Shown here: positions 1-14,300 of the stretch, in pieces | Layout of the letters: each line of letters opens with the position of its first letter | Numbering within the stretch: the stretch's first letter is position 1 | Source of the DNA: Neodothiora populina | Taxonomy: Eukaryota | Direction: 5' to 3' | DNA: 64,000 nt | Assembly (NCBI RefSeq): GCF_041146345.1 | Contig: NW_027191419.1 | Span: 558,001 to 622,000, forward strand | Translations under genes and position numbers: made by a program | Notes under the pieces: model-generated | What the model was told of the DNA's origin: nothing | The model's input: only the letters and a program-made list of their open reading frames with translations | The model's database searches: none

Positions 1-224
1 AAGAAGCACTGTGTTCCCAGGCACGGAGGCTTCGATAGTCAACCAACCTCTATCAGATCCTCGCTATCCGGGGCAGTCTATAGCGTATCAAACTTCTCAA
101 GATATTGCAGGAGGTTACACTTCCGGTATGTACCAACTCTGGCCGCAGGCTCTTCTTACTGGCATGTGGCCAAGCTAGTCTAAATGTTCAAGCATCTGAC
201 GAGAATGCAGCCCAACCAGGTCAA

Positions 225-2361
225 ATGGCAGTCCAAGCAGCTCGACACATATATCCACCCATCGGGAGTTACCATCCTCCTCAATCTAATTCACCAGTAG
301 CGCTTCATGCCTCACAACACGACGCTCACAACCGGGGAATGTACGGTCAAGGCTTCGGCTTCCATCAACAAGTCTTTTTCCCTCAATCGCAATATAGTCT
401 ACCACAGCAGGCACAATATGGAGCCCATGCGCAGCCACAGCATTATCCGACGGTAACTACGGCTGACTCGAATATCCTTTTGTCACAGCAACATGCTGTA
501 CCGATGTCTCACGCAATACCATCTAGCCCTCGCCTCAAGATGGAACAAGCTGGTCTGCCACGTTCCTCAGGAAGCATGGGAATGAACCATGGACAGTCAG
601 TCTCCCACGGTGGTTCGCCTCCAAACATGGCTTCTGCGAACGGACCAACGCCGAGCGCTGCTCCAGGCCCTATTCCGGCAACGACCCCTCTTGTTGTCCG
701 GCAAGACCAGAATGGTGTTCAGTGGATCGCTTTCGAGTACTCTCGAGATCGAGTAAAGATGGAATATACCATCAGATGTGATGTCGAATCTGTAAACATT
801 GATGAATTGGGTCAAGATTTCAAATCCGCAAACTGTGTGTATCCGCGTGCATGTGGTGGCAAAGACCAGTACAAGGGCAACCGGCTGCACTATGAAAGCG
901 AATGTAACGCAGTGGGATGGGCTCTGGCCGAGCTCAATCCCGTACTCAGAGAAAAACGTGGACTCATCCAGCGAGCGGTCGACAGCTGGCGCAATAGCAA
1001 CCAAGACCCAAGACTTCGCAGTAGGCGCGTCAGGCGTCAGGCCAAAATAAGCACCCGCAAGGCTCACGTGGGTCAGCCTTCCTCTCAGATGTCTGGACAT
1101 CCAGGCATGAGCAATTCGGCGTCTGGGAATATGAGCGCAATGCATATCCCGCCACAAATGGGTGTGCCTGCTGGGCGGCTGCATCATCACCATTCTAGCT
1201 CAGAAGGTCCATTAGCGAGTGGAAATGAGGATGTGAGCGGTATGTTCCATATGTGATTGACGAAGTATGCAAAATTCTGCTTTCCTGGGTCGGCCCATAG
1301 ACTTCGCTCTTGATGAGCATGTTGGACATGGCGGATATCTGCGTTTCCGTACAAGTGTACACTACTCGAGGGTCATTGCTGGGCACTTTCACCTTGGTTT
1401 TTTACTTTCTCACTTATGTTTACTTGGATACCTTCTGATGTTGTCCCGAGGCTAATGTTCTATTTGGTTTTCATATAGCCGAAATTGGAGTCAATTCTTC
1501 CGTATCGCACCATCCCACCAGACTTAGTAGCCAGTCTCTCTCCCCCACCAACATTCGCCAGACTCCCCTGAATTTCCCCAATTATACCCTGCATCCAGGT
1601 CTTCCTAGTACCGACACACTGAATGTACATGGTGCAATTGACTCACACTCGTCGACTGTTACTCCAACATCCTCTTGGATCAAAGAAGAAGACGAAGACA
1701 AGAAAGCTGCCTTGTTTGGCGACATGCCTCGAGGCAAGAGACGGAAATTCATCCTGGTAGACGACCACTCCCGGGGCACCCGGGTCAGGGTTCGTGTGCT
1801 TCTAGACACCGTCAAGATGGAAGAGATGCCAGATTCCCACCTACGAACAAATTCCGTATTCCCGAGGTCATACTATCCTCGCCAGATGCATTCTCCGCCC
1901 AACTCTCCTGGACATCCCGGCAACTGGGATGACTGTGAGAGCGAAGACGAGCAAGCGGTCGCATGCGCGCCCGATAAAGCCAGGAATCTGGTATATGTTC
2001 CGCTATCAGATGGCTTCCAGGCACGGCTATCAGTGCCGCGGATGTCCAGAGCTCGGCGGCAAAAGGAGCTGGCACTGAATGAACTCGGCTATCGCATGAG
2101 CTGGAGCCAGACCAAGACCTTCAATGAGCGCGCTTTGTTCATGCAGAAATCACGTATGTATCTCTAAATTCTGATGACACCATTCGATGCAATCATCTGA
2201 TTTGCTGTCTTCCAGTGGATGCATACCGCGACAAGATGAGAAGCACAATGCTGGCCTCAGGCAAAGAGAGTTCGGCAATAGCACCTCATTTCGAAACCCG
2301 CGTGGGCAAGCGGAAGTGGCTCGAACGACGCATCAGTAAGAGACGCGGGTCGTCTTACTAA
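225..2361 (+). CDS. Conserved uncharacterised fungal protein with two copies of a basic ~100-aa domain (exons ~225-1239, 1479-2153, 2216-2361; start uncertain)
   Basis: GTATGT..TAG intron 1240-1478 (branch GCTAAT) and GTATGT..CAG intron 2154-2215 join ORFs 105-1256 and 1712-2167 in frame. Ends ...HFETRVGKRKWLERRISKRRGSSY*. Motif VVRQDQNGVQWIAFEYSRDRVKMEYTIRCDVE is recognised from Pezizomycotina hypothetical proteins. Confidence 0.8.
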
Positions 2362-2941
2362 CTCTCCCTACATTTTATGATTAAACGAAGATGAGAAAAA
2401 CAACAACATAAACTGATAATCTACGACTGCAACGACATGCATTAAAACCGGACCCATGACTGGACGACAGCATCTACCAGGCCACTATGTTTTGCTCCCT
2501 GGAAGAACAACTTTCACGACTTTTATTACGACTTGACTACTTGAATATATCTAATCCGGCTGTTCCACTTTGATTCACCTATTGGAGGCTTCTGAGAGGA
2601 GATATTCTGTGTGTTGAAAAGGTGGTAGGAGGTTAGGACGGAGATGAATGTTGGATATACCGAACTTTATCTTCTCGTTTCACGGGAGAAACGTAACATT
2701 TTCAACCACTGAAACGCCGTGATGACTTGCGTGTGCTCATTACTGTCATCTCAATGCAGTCGGTGGTCGCGTGTTCCCATCTGACTCGACAAGCCTTGAG
2801 AATCTGGCCTCCAATTCTTTAGCATTTGAAACCTGTGCCCACCGTAAACAAACACAATGGGAGGTTGGTACGTTCTATCGAAATCACAAACTATGGCTCT
2901 ATTCATTTATGACATGCTTCGCTAAGCTCAGGGTATCATCA

Positions 2942-5587
2942 TCAAAAGGTCGAGTTCCACTCATCGACGAGACTCATGCCATTGAGATCGCCAAGGGGCC
3001 CAATATCTGTAGGAAGAAATCCTGTCCACCACTCTAGATCTGTAGATCCTCCATCATTCCCATTCAGGGCGTAATTACCGATCGCATCCAGGTCGGTCCA
3101 ACTGAACCCGCCACTGTGTTCCTGCGTCGCGGCACTCGGTGGGGTCAGATAAGTGGACACACTTGCATTGGAAGCCTTGGGACTTGCGGCTGGGGTGGTC
3201 CCTGGTCTGTATGGGTTCTTGAGCGTGGCAATGCTGTTGGACTCCGTTCTGATCCTTGTATCTACTCTTTCCCAAAGCAGCTTGAGTAACTCGGAGTAAC
3301 GGCTGCCAGGATGTTGTTCGCCGACGCCGCACTGCTTGAGCACGGCCACCGTCTTGTCCACCAGTTGGCGAACAGACGACTCCTCGTCTGGGGACATGAC
3401 TCCGACTGCTCTGGCGTGATAGAGGAAGACTCCAGCATAAACAGCAAAGAGGTAGAATTTCAAAGGCATAAATCGCAAGCATCTGCGCAAGTCAGTATGA
3501 CAAGGTAAAATCGCGATGAGATTAGGAGGGCTGAAATTTGCGGACTCACGTTTCAGGATCCATAAATGTGGTCACTGTGGAGAGTAGACTTTTTGCGGCG
3601 TCAAGACCTTCGTAGATGAATCTTGCATCACCGACGGCGCCGACGTTATTGTAGAATACCCTGCTCAAAGAAGGCTTGCCGTCCTCGCCCATGGGTAACG
3701 CTCGACGGATGGTAGCGTGGAAAGCAAATGCGTTGGTATATAGTCGTAAATAGTCATAACTTAGCAGCAGCGCAGCCTTGAGCCTCGGTGAGCCTAGAGA
3801 TATCAGTATCGGCTGGTCAAGGATTCATATATCCTCGACTCACAGGTTAAAGACCCATAAACACTTTTCCAACCATAGTAAGCACTCCGGAAGTCATCCA
3901 CGATCTTTATATAATACCCTCCTGTAAGATGACTCCTCAGACTGTTTCCAGGACTGCTATACAAAACATCGTGAACATTACTGAATAGCATGGTCAATTC
4001 CAATGTTGCCTGGAAAATGCTGCCGTGATCATCTGCCCCAAGATTTTGGGGCGGGTACGGAAAGTCGTCCTTTTTCAAAGCCAGTCCAGGCCCTGGGCCT
4101 CTACTCCAGAACGCGCGACCGAGCCTTATCGAGATCTGACGGTCCGAGATATAGCAGGAAGTCCATACCAGCCTCTTTCGTTTCCATTGAGGGTCCTTTT
4201 TGTCGTCCGCAACAGGAAATGAGTACTTGTCCAAACCAAGATAGTATCCGATGCGCAAGGCGAGCCCGATCGACATCCACGCTTCACGATCTTCCGTGCC
4301 CCACTGAGTGTTTCCAGCACTTCTTGAGGCATAGGGCGTCCATTCAGCAAGTAACAACAAGGCCTCGACGGCCTCTACGTCACTTGCACCACCAGCGGAC
4401 AGCAAAGATACCAGTGCTTGCATGTGTTCTACACACGCGACGAAGATGCGTGATCCGGTCGGAAGATCCATAGAAGCGATGACAAGTATTGCTGTTAGCA
4501 AATGACGTTCATGTTGTGCCACCAATGGTAAATTCTTCGGGTCCAAGGTATCTGGAGACACTAAGGCGAAGTAAGGGTGATAATGCGACTTGTAACGCTG
4601 TAACAAATACACGACATCTGCGGCAGATACCAGTCCTGAGTTGACGAGTGGATAGTCTAACCCATCGTTGAGCCATTGGATATCAGATAAGCCGCTAGTA
4701 GTCGATGTATTGTCGGCGAGGTCTCGTGTGGCGCGCTGACGAGTGCGACTGCCGTCTTCACTCGCAATATGCGCCAATATGTCAAGTGCATCAGAGGGGT
4801 TTTGTAAGCCTTCGAAAAGTATACTGTCTGTCTTGCTCGCATCTAAGGAGATGCCATGAGCATTCCCCCCAAATTCGGTGCCTACATGGATGGGTAGAAG
4901 GTCCGATTGAGGATTGATCTCGGTCGCAAAGCAGTTGGTGTCTTGGGGTAGGTTAGATCCAGGAGTGCTGGTACCTAGAAGATTCTCGGAGGCAGAAGTG
5001 TCGACTTTGTTTTGCGCATTGCTACAAAATTAGCTGGTGTATCAAAAACCAGGCGAACCCTCGGCATCTCAGTGTTATTCTGTTTATGATCTACGCAAGA
5101 TGTTCTGATCTTCAATCACGGTCCATAGCCATCGAGTCCCTTGCTCACACATAACACCTTGTGGCTAAAAAGGGTGCCATTCCATGTCGCAATGGTACGG
5201 GGAGTGTTATGACTTACTGACTGGGTTCCTCGCTTTTTGAAGCTGCGTTCCTCGCAGCTGCAGAACGTCGTATTCGTCGACCACCGCGATTACTACTACC
5301 TATCACGCATTCTTTGTCTTCTTTCCTACACCTTAGACAAGGTGGCTCGCCATTGGTCGCGTCTCTATTGACTAAGGTCAGTTATTTCTTCTGTGATGCA
5401 TCGAATCTAGTCAATTTTGAGGAATTAAGTTATTCTCGTAGGCCGACACATTCAAGCAGGGCTCATGAGCGGTAGCTTACAAGGTACATTTGGTCTTGCG
5501 AGATCTGCACGCCAGACAGGCACGACTTGTGCGTTTGATATTTGATTGTCTCGTATCATCATCTTGAGTTCTTAATTGCTCGCTCAT
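2942..5587 (-). CDS. Zn(II)2Cys6 transcription factor, Aro80-like, with fungal TF middle homology region (exons 5481-5587, 5218-5364, 3844-5021, 3550-3793, 2942-3482)
   Basis: Spliced N-terminus gives RACLACRSRKTKCTLDATNGEPPCLRCRKEDKEC (C6 cluster). Also LQNPSDALDILA, WTSCYISDRQISIRLGRAFWSRGPG and YLRLYTNAFAF. Four GT-AG introns keep the frame. Confidence 0.88.
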
Positions 5588-6189
5588 AGTCGTGCTATGC
5601 AAATCGCACTCCGACATTGACTTAAAGTGGATAAAGCGGGGAGATGCAATGCATGAAGGCGCTATGCCGTCCTTTTCATATGCCGATAGGTGAGCTATAT
5701 AACAATATGTCTAGATTTGATATGTTCCGCCGCTACCCCGCTCGAACATGATCATCCTTCTATAACTTGCTCTGTGTGTCGGCATATGGCCTTGCCCCGC
5801 CGTTACTTGACAAATCCCCAAGGACGAAATACAGCACGCCTGACCATTGCCATTTGGTTCAGGAGAGTGGTAGACTCGTGAATCGGCATTGCTATAGGTT
5901 TGTGAATGGTACGGATGTTAGTCGGATATGAATATTCTACCTGGTGTCTCTGACAATAGTGGGTGGGAGAGGGAAGAACAAACACAAAAAAGCGTTGTGA
6001 GGGGTACTCAGTAACATACCTAGCCTTTAATTCGTTCAAACGCCGATTGAGCCGCCTCGTCTTTGTTTGTCTCCCAATCTACTCCGGGAACTTTCTTTTT
6101 CTTATAAGGTCCCGCTTGCTTTCTCTCCAGTTGCAACTCATCGAATATCGATACTTTGTTAAATCTCACTTTTTTGTCCGGTCGTAATC

Positions 6190-7234
6190 ATGGCTTCTCA
6201 AGCAGCTTTACTCATTGGCAAGATTGTTCACGCCCGCAAGGAGTGGGAGGAATGCAGCTCATTATTGAAACTCCGAGTATGACTTTCCTTGGTAACGACT
6301 GACTGACGGTCTCCTGACTTCATCGCAGGAGTATGCAGAAGGCTCCAGAGAAGACTTCATTTCCAAGCTCAAGGCGGGCGACTTCGATGGAGTGGCCCTT
6401 ATTTACCGTTCAAACGACAGCACTTCAATAACAGGCCCATTCGACAATGAGCTGGTCCAATTATTACCATCGAGTCTGAAGTTCATCTGCCACAACGGTG
6501 CTGGCTATGACAACATTGACGTCAACGCCTGCACCAAGCGAGACATCAAGATATCGTCAACGCCTATCGCCGTCAACGACGCCACTGCAGACATTGCCAT
6601 CCTGTTAATGCTTGCAGCTTTGAGACGTGCCACGATTCCTCTGACAGCACTACGCAGAGGAGAATGGCGTGGCAAGGACTTCCGCCTGGGTCATGACCCA
6701 AAGAACAAAGTCCTGGGTGTTCTAGGCATGGGTGGTATCGGTCGCGCAGTTGCCCATCGTGCGAGAGCATTTGGAATGGAGATTCAGTATCACAACAGGA
6801 AGCCTCTTTCCTCAGAAGAAGCTGGCGATGCCAAATATGTCTCCTTCGATGAGCTCATGAAGACTTCCGATGTGCTCAGTCTCAATCTCAGTCTCAATGC
6901 GTCCACAAGGCATATCATCTCAACATCGCAGTTCGACCTGATGAAGGAGGGTGTCGTGATAGTCAATACCGCCAGAGGACCTATCATCGACGAGGCCGCA
7001 CTGGTCCAGGCTCTCAAGGGCGGCAAAGTCTTCTCAGCTGGATTGGACGTGTTCGAAGAAGAGCCAAAGATTCATCCCGAGCTTATGCAAGACGACAAGG
7101 TGGTGTTATTACCACATATCGGTACAGCAACTTGGGAAACGCAAAAGGACATGGAGCTGCTTGTACTGGAGAACTTGAGAAAGGCTGCACAAGGCAAGCC
7201 ATTGGTCACCCCAATTGCAGAGCAGTGCAAGTAG
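6190..7234 (+). CDS. D-isomer-specific 2-hydroxyacid dehydrogenase (glyoxylate reductase/D-mandelate dehydrogenase-like); intron 6277-6328
   Basis: HNGAGYDNID, GMGGIG Rossmann motif, VNTARG, GLDVFEEEP and LLPHIGT catalytic motifs. ATG 6190 plus one intron restores the N-terminus. Confidence 0.93.
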
Positions 7235-8345
7235 GTGTTCAAACTCCTCACAAGGAACTGCTCGCTTGTGAGCTAATGAACGTGTCAGTGAGCCACGAAG
7301 CAAATTATGAACGAGCTGTCGCAAATTCCACAGGTGGCTCAACTTTCTCGATTTGATAGGCCCACCATCGACGACTGCACTGCGAGTCTGTTGTTTTGCA
7401 TTAATGCGGCTTCAGAGAAGATACCTACATGGTTACGCCTGGCTATTCCCAGGTGATATATGTCTGAAGTGTTGCGCTGGATACCTTAGATGAAGAGTTT
7501 ACTACAATAGCAAGAGGTTTAATAACCATAAATAGAGAAGAACGGTGCCTACCTTATGGGCCCTGCTAAAATTGCCTCTGTGTTTCAACAGCTATATGTT
7601 ATTACAATTCGCCCAAATCACACTGGTCCTGTGCTCACAACCTGTTTTCACTGTCTCCATTGTTGCAAGATTACTGTCTAAACAATGTGCTAGTCGCTAT
7701 GAGAGGAAATCTACTGTAGGTATCCTGGCCATGACCAACATGGTGTTGTACTGTACTAGGCCACGGTACCTGCCTAGTTCAGTCAAGTGTAAGCGCACGT
7801 GTTATGTGCGGTACCTGACATCACCATTAAAGTTCACGTCTAAGCCCACTACAGAACTTCAAGACGACGCGCTGGAACGTTTGACAGTACCTTAACACGT
7901 CTAAGGCCGATAAATTACTTTGCCCATCTTTCTCGCTTAGCGATCTAATCACTGTGCTATACAGTACCTTATTTGATATTGCAATACGACCGGGCTGCTT
8001 GTCCTCCTGCTGTGGCATTTCGCATCGATTGCAGCACCAGAGTACGTCTGCCTAGATCAGGTTGTACCAAACTTGGTCCGCTTGAGTATTTGCAAGTGCA
8101 TTCAGATTAGGGACGACTAAATGCTGGATGCTCCAAATCTCATTACTTCAGTGCAACTTGGAGTGCGTACCTGATCTTCTGCTGTACCCTAAACCTTGAC
8201 ATCACAACCTCGCAACCTTTATTTGTAGTCTGAATACAGGTATTGGTAAGAGCCTTATGCAAACACATAGTGCAGGCAGCTTCAGGCTATATCCGCAAGG
8301 GTAAGGATCGAATCCACGCTGAATTGTTAACCTCTACAACACTAA

Positions 8346-11300
8346 ATGATGGTGCCAATCCTGCCTACCGAAGCATCTCTTTCTTACTCACTACCGGGGA
8401 GAGATGCCATCGCGGACGCAGATACATCCCTGATCAGGAAGAGGCAACGACTAACTCCTTCGCAACCTGACAGCGATGGAAGTACATCAGCAGAAATTCC
8501 GCAAAGTCCCTTGATCGTTGAGATCGTGACTCCAGGTGATCATCGTCCTGATCCTCCTGCCATGATCATGATCATGGACGATAAAGAAATGAACGCAAAT
8601 CCGTTGGAATCTTACCCCTTCATCTTCAATGGCGAGTCTCCCACGGAAGCTGCAGGCCGTCTGGCAGATCATTGCAATGATATGACCAAAATCGTACCGG
8701 TAGCGCAAGTCGAGAAGTTCATGGTCTGGGTACAAGACTATGTAACCACCTCACCTGCCATGTACACACTTGAGACATATACACGAGATCGTGCTTTCTG
8801 GATGCAAATTGGACGGTGTTTTGACGGCTTATCAAGACGTAGGTACGTACAAGACACGATATGACCCCTTCCCATGCCTACACCCTTCGAATGAGGTTCC
8901 TAATCCCATGATTGTTGCACGCTTACAGCACTAAGCCTCCTATTGCTACAAACACTGACTATCTTGCAGTTCCAACCTTGCACAACGAAACGAGACTCTC
9001 CGTCTACCAAATTTTTACGGTTTATCAGCTGTTCTTGCCAAACTAACTGCCGTCACATGCGCAGTAGAAGCAGATGAGCTTGAAGAACATGTGTCGAGGA
9101 AAGTCTCGGCAGAGGCGGCTTCACCGGAGAGGTACACACTACTGTTTCGACCTTATATCACAGCCTTCGAAAGGTTCATGGCGTCGACAGACCCTACACG
9201 AAATCTGCATGATGCCGGATCGCTCATCACCATATACCGATCTACTGCGAGTATGTTCATCAAGCAACAGAAATCTACCAATGCCCTTTTCCGCATCTGT
9301 TCTGTCATCGCGGTGCATGCTGATGCCGTACAATCGTCTTACAGTGCACTTCTCGTCTATCTGAACCTTTCACTACAGCTATTGAGTGCACCATTCAGAT
9401 TAGAGGGCAGAGTTCATAGTTCAGCACACGACGGAAGTTTTGCGGACCAATACGACGACTACGACACCAATCGAGCCCTCTTGGCATCACTACTCCAGCT
9501 GCTCACTTCGGAAGTTTTGCCAATCATGCTTAAGACTCATCCCGACTGTATGCCTCTCGGATTCCATGGCAGTTTGCTAGATATGATGATAGCGATGTCC
9601 GAACTGTTGCAACAAGACTATGCTCGGATTGAATCAGGAACAAGGACAGAACACTACAACTCGGAAAGTGACCTCAAGCTACGGTACACATTCACTCCCA
9701 TGCATAGCTCCATCCGACGTGTCCCGCGTCATGTCACATCATTGGTTTATAAGCTGGATCTCTCCTACAGATTCATCAAAAGCAGCATCATGAGCTTGAG
9801 GGTTCTGGGCCTCGACTCAATTAGTGCATTGCTTTTTGATCTTCAGAGGTTGCCTATGATCGAGCCTGACGGCTCTGACAAAATCTCGGTTCTTAAAACT
9901 GCTGCAGACTATCTTCGATCGGTCGACATGTTGGCATATCTATTTGGCCCAGAGTCCCATGCCGACCTGATTCGAAGAAGCTTCCGAGTGATAGAATTCA
10001 TGGCTGCTACACAGAATCTGATGGAGTTCGACGCGAACGTTCTATGGAATGCATGTCTACAGAACCAATGGACTGATATGGGCCAAGCAAGCCATCGCGT
10101 GGTCTGCGACCTGCTCCGCGTAGCGAGTCTTCCTCTCATGCTCTTCTTTTGCAGGAAATTCGAGCAACTGTCGCCTCCTCAGATAGGCAAGCCTATGCTC
10201 ATTTTTTATAGAGACATGGTTGAAATCATGCCTGTGGTGGAGCTTGATAATGAGACCAGATACGAACTCGCATGCATCTCGGTTCATCTTTTACAGAAGG
10301 TCTCTGCGGAGTGGAAGGATGCAGATATACACAGCCTCCAACTAATGATCGCTCGCATAGTTCTGACTCTCCTTGAGCACTGTCACGTTAGTGAAGCATC
10401 ACGCCAATTACTCGAGGTCTGTGCCTTGCCAATTCGGCAACGTACGTCTTACTCTACCGGCAGTGTCCACATGGCTTTGAACTTATTGGCTTCCCTGTCT
10501 CAAAGCGATCGTGGAACGTGGCTCTCCAGCATACTGACTTTCCGTGAAGTCACGATCGAGTTGTCGCATTACGTGAAGTCTCAAAAGTGCTGCACTCAAG
10601 ATGTGGAAACCATCAAGTTCTCTCTATTCTCACGAATAAAGCTTGCAAGCCTTCTGTTGAGTCTTGGGTACGAGGAACGGGATCTGACTTTGGAAAAAGA
10701 CCTTTGGGAAAACATCATCGGTAGTGGGGCGATAGATAATCCAGCACGAAACATCGCATGGGACGCGTTATTTTCTGGCATGCCGCCTTCGGCACATTCG
10801 GTCGACAACGTCTGGAGCCTCGTGTCACTTCATCTTCCTTGTCTTGATGCTGCCTTTGCCACACCAGCAATGCTTCGAGCATTACGGTGCACCACCAAGA
10901 AGGAGTTCGAGGAAGGAACATACGTCTTTGCTTTGAGAGAACATATTGTTCGCTTTTACCTTACGGTGGCTAGCGAAGATGACGCCAATCAATTCAAGTT
11001 GACCATCATTGATATCCTCTTCGACAAGCAAGCTAATAATCCACCTCGAGCGACTGTACCGATTCAAGTCGCAGTAGCAGAGCAATGTCTTCATTGGCTA
11101 TGTTCGCCAGTCAACGGTGGCTCTATTCGTGCCGTGGTTCTACTACGGCAGCTCTTGGTACATTCTATCGGCACGGAGTCTAAGAAGCCTACCAAGGATA
11201 GCAACTCCACTATGGAAGGCGATGAGGATCTTGACCAGATGCTCCAGATTCCTGTTCGATTATACGGGATTGATGAAGATATGGTGCAGCGTACTATCGT

Positions 11301-14300
11301 CATCAATAAGCGCGGTCCGGTGACTGCGCTGAGGTCTGCACTGATTGCAGTCATGGGCTCTGATGATTTCATTGTAATTACTGGTGGCAAACTGGTGAAT
11401 TTCGATAATGACCCAAGCAAAACGATCATGGATTGTCAAGTCGATACCCAGCCACTGATTGTCAAGAGAACCAACGCTTTGCAGAGTATTGAGCAGAGGC
11501 GAGCCGAACGAAAAGGCAGGACAGCTGTTGAGCAAGCCATACTGTCTCGATTCGATAGATTGTTCGATTGCCTACTCGATTCGAGTGCTATCAGTGAGCA
11601 GGTAAAGATTGAGCTTTTTGTAGCCGATGAGTAATACTTGCAGCTGACAGACAACCATAGGTATTCTGGCTGTTGACCGCGCTACAGCACACCGTCAGAC
11701 GACCATCAAATTTGATCGCGGAGAGCCGTTGGAGGAGTCTATTCTCTATTCACTGCCTCCGTTCTGAGCTGCAAGATCAGCTATCTGCTGGCATAGCGGA
11801 CGCGAGCTTCATTCTCGATGGAGTACATCTGTTGATCGATGCTCAAGAGGCAAATCGCAATTCCAGAGATGCGCTTCTCCTATGTTTTATATCCGAAGCT
11901 CTCTTCAGCTTTCTTAGAGGTATGTCTATCAGTAATCTTTGCTCGGAAATATGCTGAAATCTCTATGAAGAGCGTCCTGTAGAGGACCTCTTGGATTGTT
12001 ATTTTCCAGACCCGTCCACTTTTGTAGAGACGAGCCTATACATGCTGTGCCACATTGCGAGTATGATGGAAGATTCAGATGACAGTGAAGTTGTCACCGA
12101 GTCTATCAAGGCTGTCATATATCTCTACCAATCCTTGCTCGAAAGTGTTCGACTAAGTCCTGACGTGTGCAGTGCCTTCATAAGGTCGATGAACGTGATG
12201 TCGCCACATAGAAGACTGCTCCTCAGCAAATACACAACCATTTCCCGCCAAATCGCGCAATGCGTTCGAAACTTCTGTCGCGACAACAGCACGTAAGCAT
12301 AGCCAATTCTTGGCCTAGATTCGTTAGGAGTACTGACATTGTCCGAAAAGTGTTAAAGAGGCCAGAGAATTCTTCTGGTCCATGTCCTTGACATGTATCC
12401 GAGCCGCGCAAGACAAGCCAGTATTGTGTGCTAGTCTTTATGAGCTAGCTTGTGATATGCTCGCGACAGTCAACGATACTATTTCCAGTGAGGACTCCCT
12501 AAGAGACTTCATCGCCAACATGGGTGATCAACTACTACGCCTCGACCATAAAGAGCATTTTGGCTGCGACCAACAGGACGAGAGAGTCCTTGGATTGTGC
12601 ACACTTCTACTGGCATCCATCGAGCGTCTGAAATCATTTTCGAAGCCCCTCAAACTGAGGTGAGCATATGTTAGTGTGGCTCTTATTGAGGACAATTGCT
12701 AATCTTGCAACAGTCACATTGCTACACGAGTTTTCCAGAAGTTCTTATTTCCTGACTCACTGTATTCGTCCGATCAGAAGCACATCAACTCTCCCATTGT
12801 GACTATGCATACCCGCCAAAAGCTTTACAAGCTCGTCTGCTCAGCATGTGAGGATTCATGGGAGTGGAAAGCTCTTGCGAGTCTTGCTATGGATGCTCTG
12901 CGACTGTGCGATACTGCCGAGAACTTTCAATTTCCCGAAAACGAGTACTATAATCGCTCAGGTTGTGGCTACTCTGGGCTTGTCAATCTACAACAGACGT
13001 GCTACATGAATTCACTCATCCAGCAGCTCTTCATGAACATCAAGTTCCGCAAGTTCATACTCGACCTGCGGGTATCGGACATGAGATCACAGGCTGTTCT
13101 ATACGAACTCCAGTATGCTTTCGCATCTCTTCAGGATAGCTTCAGAATGGCGTTCTGTCCCGATAAGCTTGCCAGAGCATTAGACGTCGATTTTACTGTT
13201 CAAGATGATGCGCAGATCTTCTTTACCATAATGATAGGGAAGCTCGAAGAGAGCATGCCGAACAAAGCGGCTCAAATCAGTCTCAAGAACTTCTTTGCCG
13301 GACTCAACAAGGCGCAAACAGTGGGGGAATGTGGTCACGTCTCCGAGAGCTATGACTCTTACTTCAATCTCTCTCTCACGGTCAAGGACAAGGCGTCCTT
13401 GGAGGAAAGCCTACAGGAATATGTACAAGGCGCGCCACTTGAAGGAGGTGAGTGACCCTGCTAACAAAACTAATGATATATCACTGACAGTCCAGGGGAC
13501 AAATTTAAATGCGTAACTTGCAACTCAAATTCGGGCGGGATTTATGTGAATGCTATGAGAAGGTAGGTTCATGCAGAAGGGATTGTGATCATGATTCCCG
13601 ACTAACACCCGACAGAACAGGTTTAGAGAAAGTGCCGGACAACCTCGTACTTGGGCTCAAACGATTTCGATACGAGACGTTCGACGGAGGCACAAAAGTC
13701 AATGATATGTTCGATTTTCCAGAACGTATTGACCTGAGTCCATATATGACGAGCAAGCTTGCTGAACCCGATCTTCCAATGGCACCAGATGAGTTCCAGT
13801 TGGTCGGTGTGGTCGTTCATGATGGGACTTTACAATACGGCCACTACTGGTCATACGCTGCAGAGCGATACCGCCCTGACGGAAGTCCCATGCTATGGTT
13901 CAAATTCGAGGATCATTCGGTGACCCGTGTCACGTCTGATTTTGTAGTCACAGAGACACGGGGAGGGTTGGTTAGCTCCAGCGAAGACGGCCAAATGTGG
14001 CTGCGTTCGGACAATGCTTACGTCCTCTACTACGAACGCCTGTCTTCCATTGCAACCTCAGTCGTGGACCTCTCCAATGCGGTGGATCCGTCATCTTTCA
14101 TGTGCCCAAGGGTTGCTGTGCCAGAAGATATTGGGTTACATATTGCTGTCGAGAACGAAAAGCATCTCAGGACAGCAAACATGTTTTCCTCAGAGCATGC
14201 CGAGTTCATCCAGAACCTGCTCACGAAGGGCGAGCACTCCGCCAAAGCCCTGCGCACGGCAGACCGAGAAATGGATCAATCGATGATCCGTATGGCACTC

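Noticed and set aside
1310..1438. TGATGA...CTGA in intron 1 of the first gene as a C/D snoRNA
   Set aside because: I could not identify a terminal stem or an rRNA-complementary guide.
5365..5480. Apparent frameshift or micro-exon in the Zn2Cys6 cluster
   Set aside because: Using the second AG (CAATAG) after the branch point restores the frame with an ordinary intron.
7232..7280. Stop-codon readthrough to a cryptic peroxisomal signal in the dehydrogenase
   Set aside because: The stop context is TAG GTG and the extension does not end in an SKL-like tripeptide.
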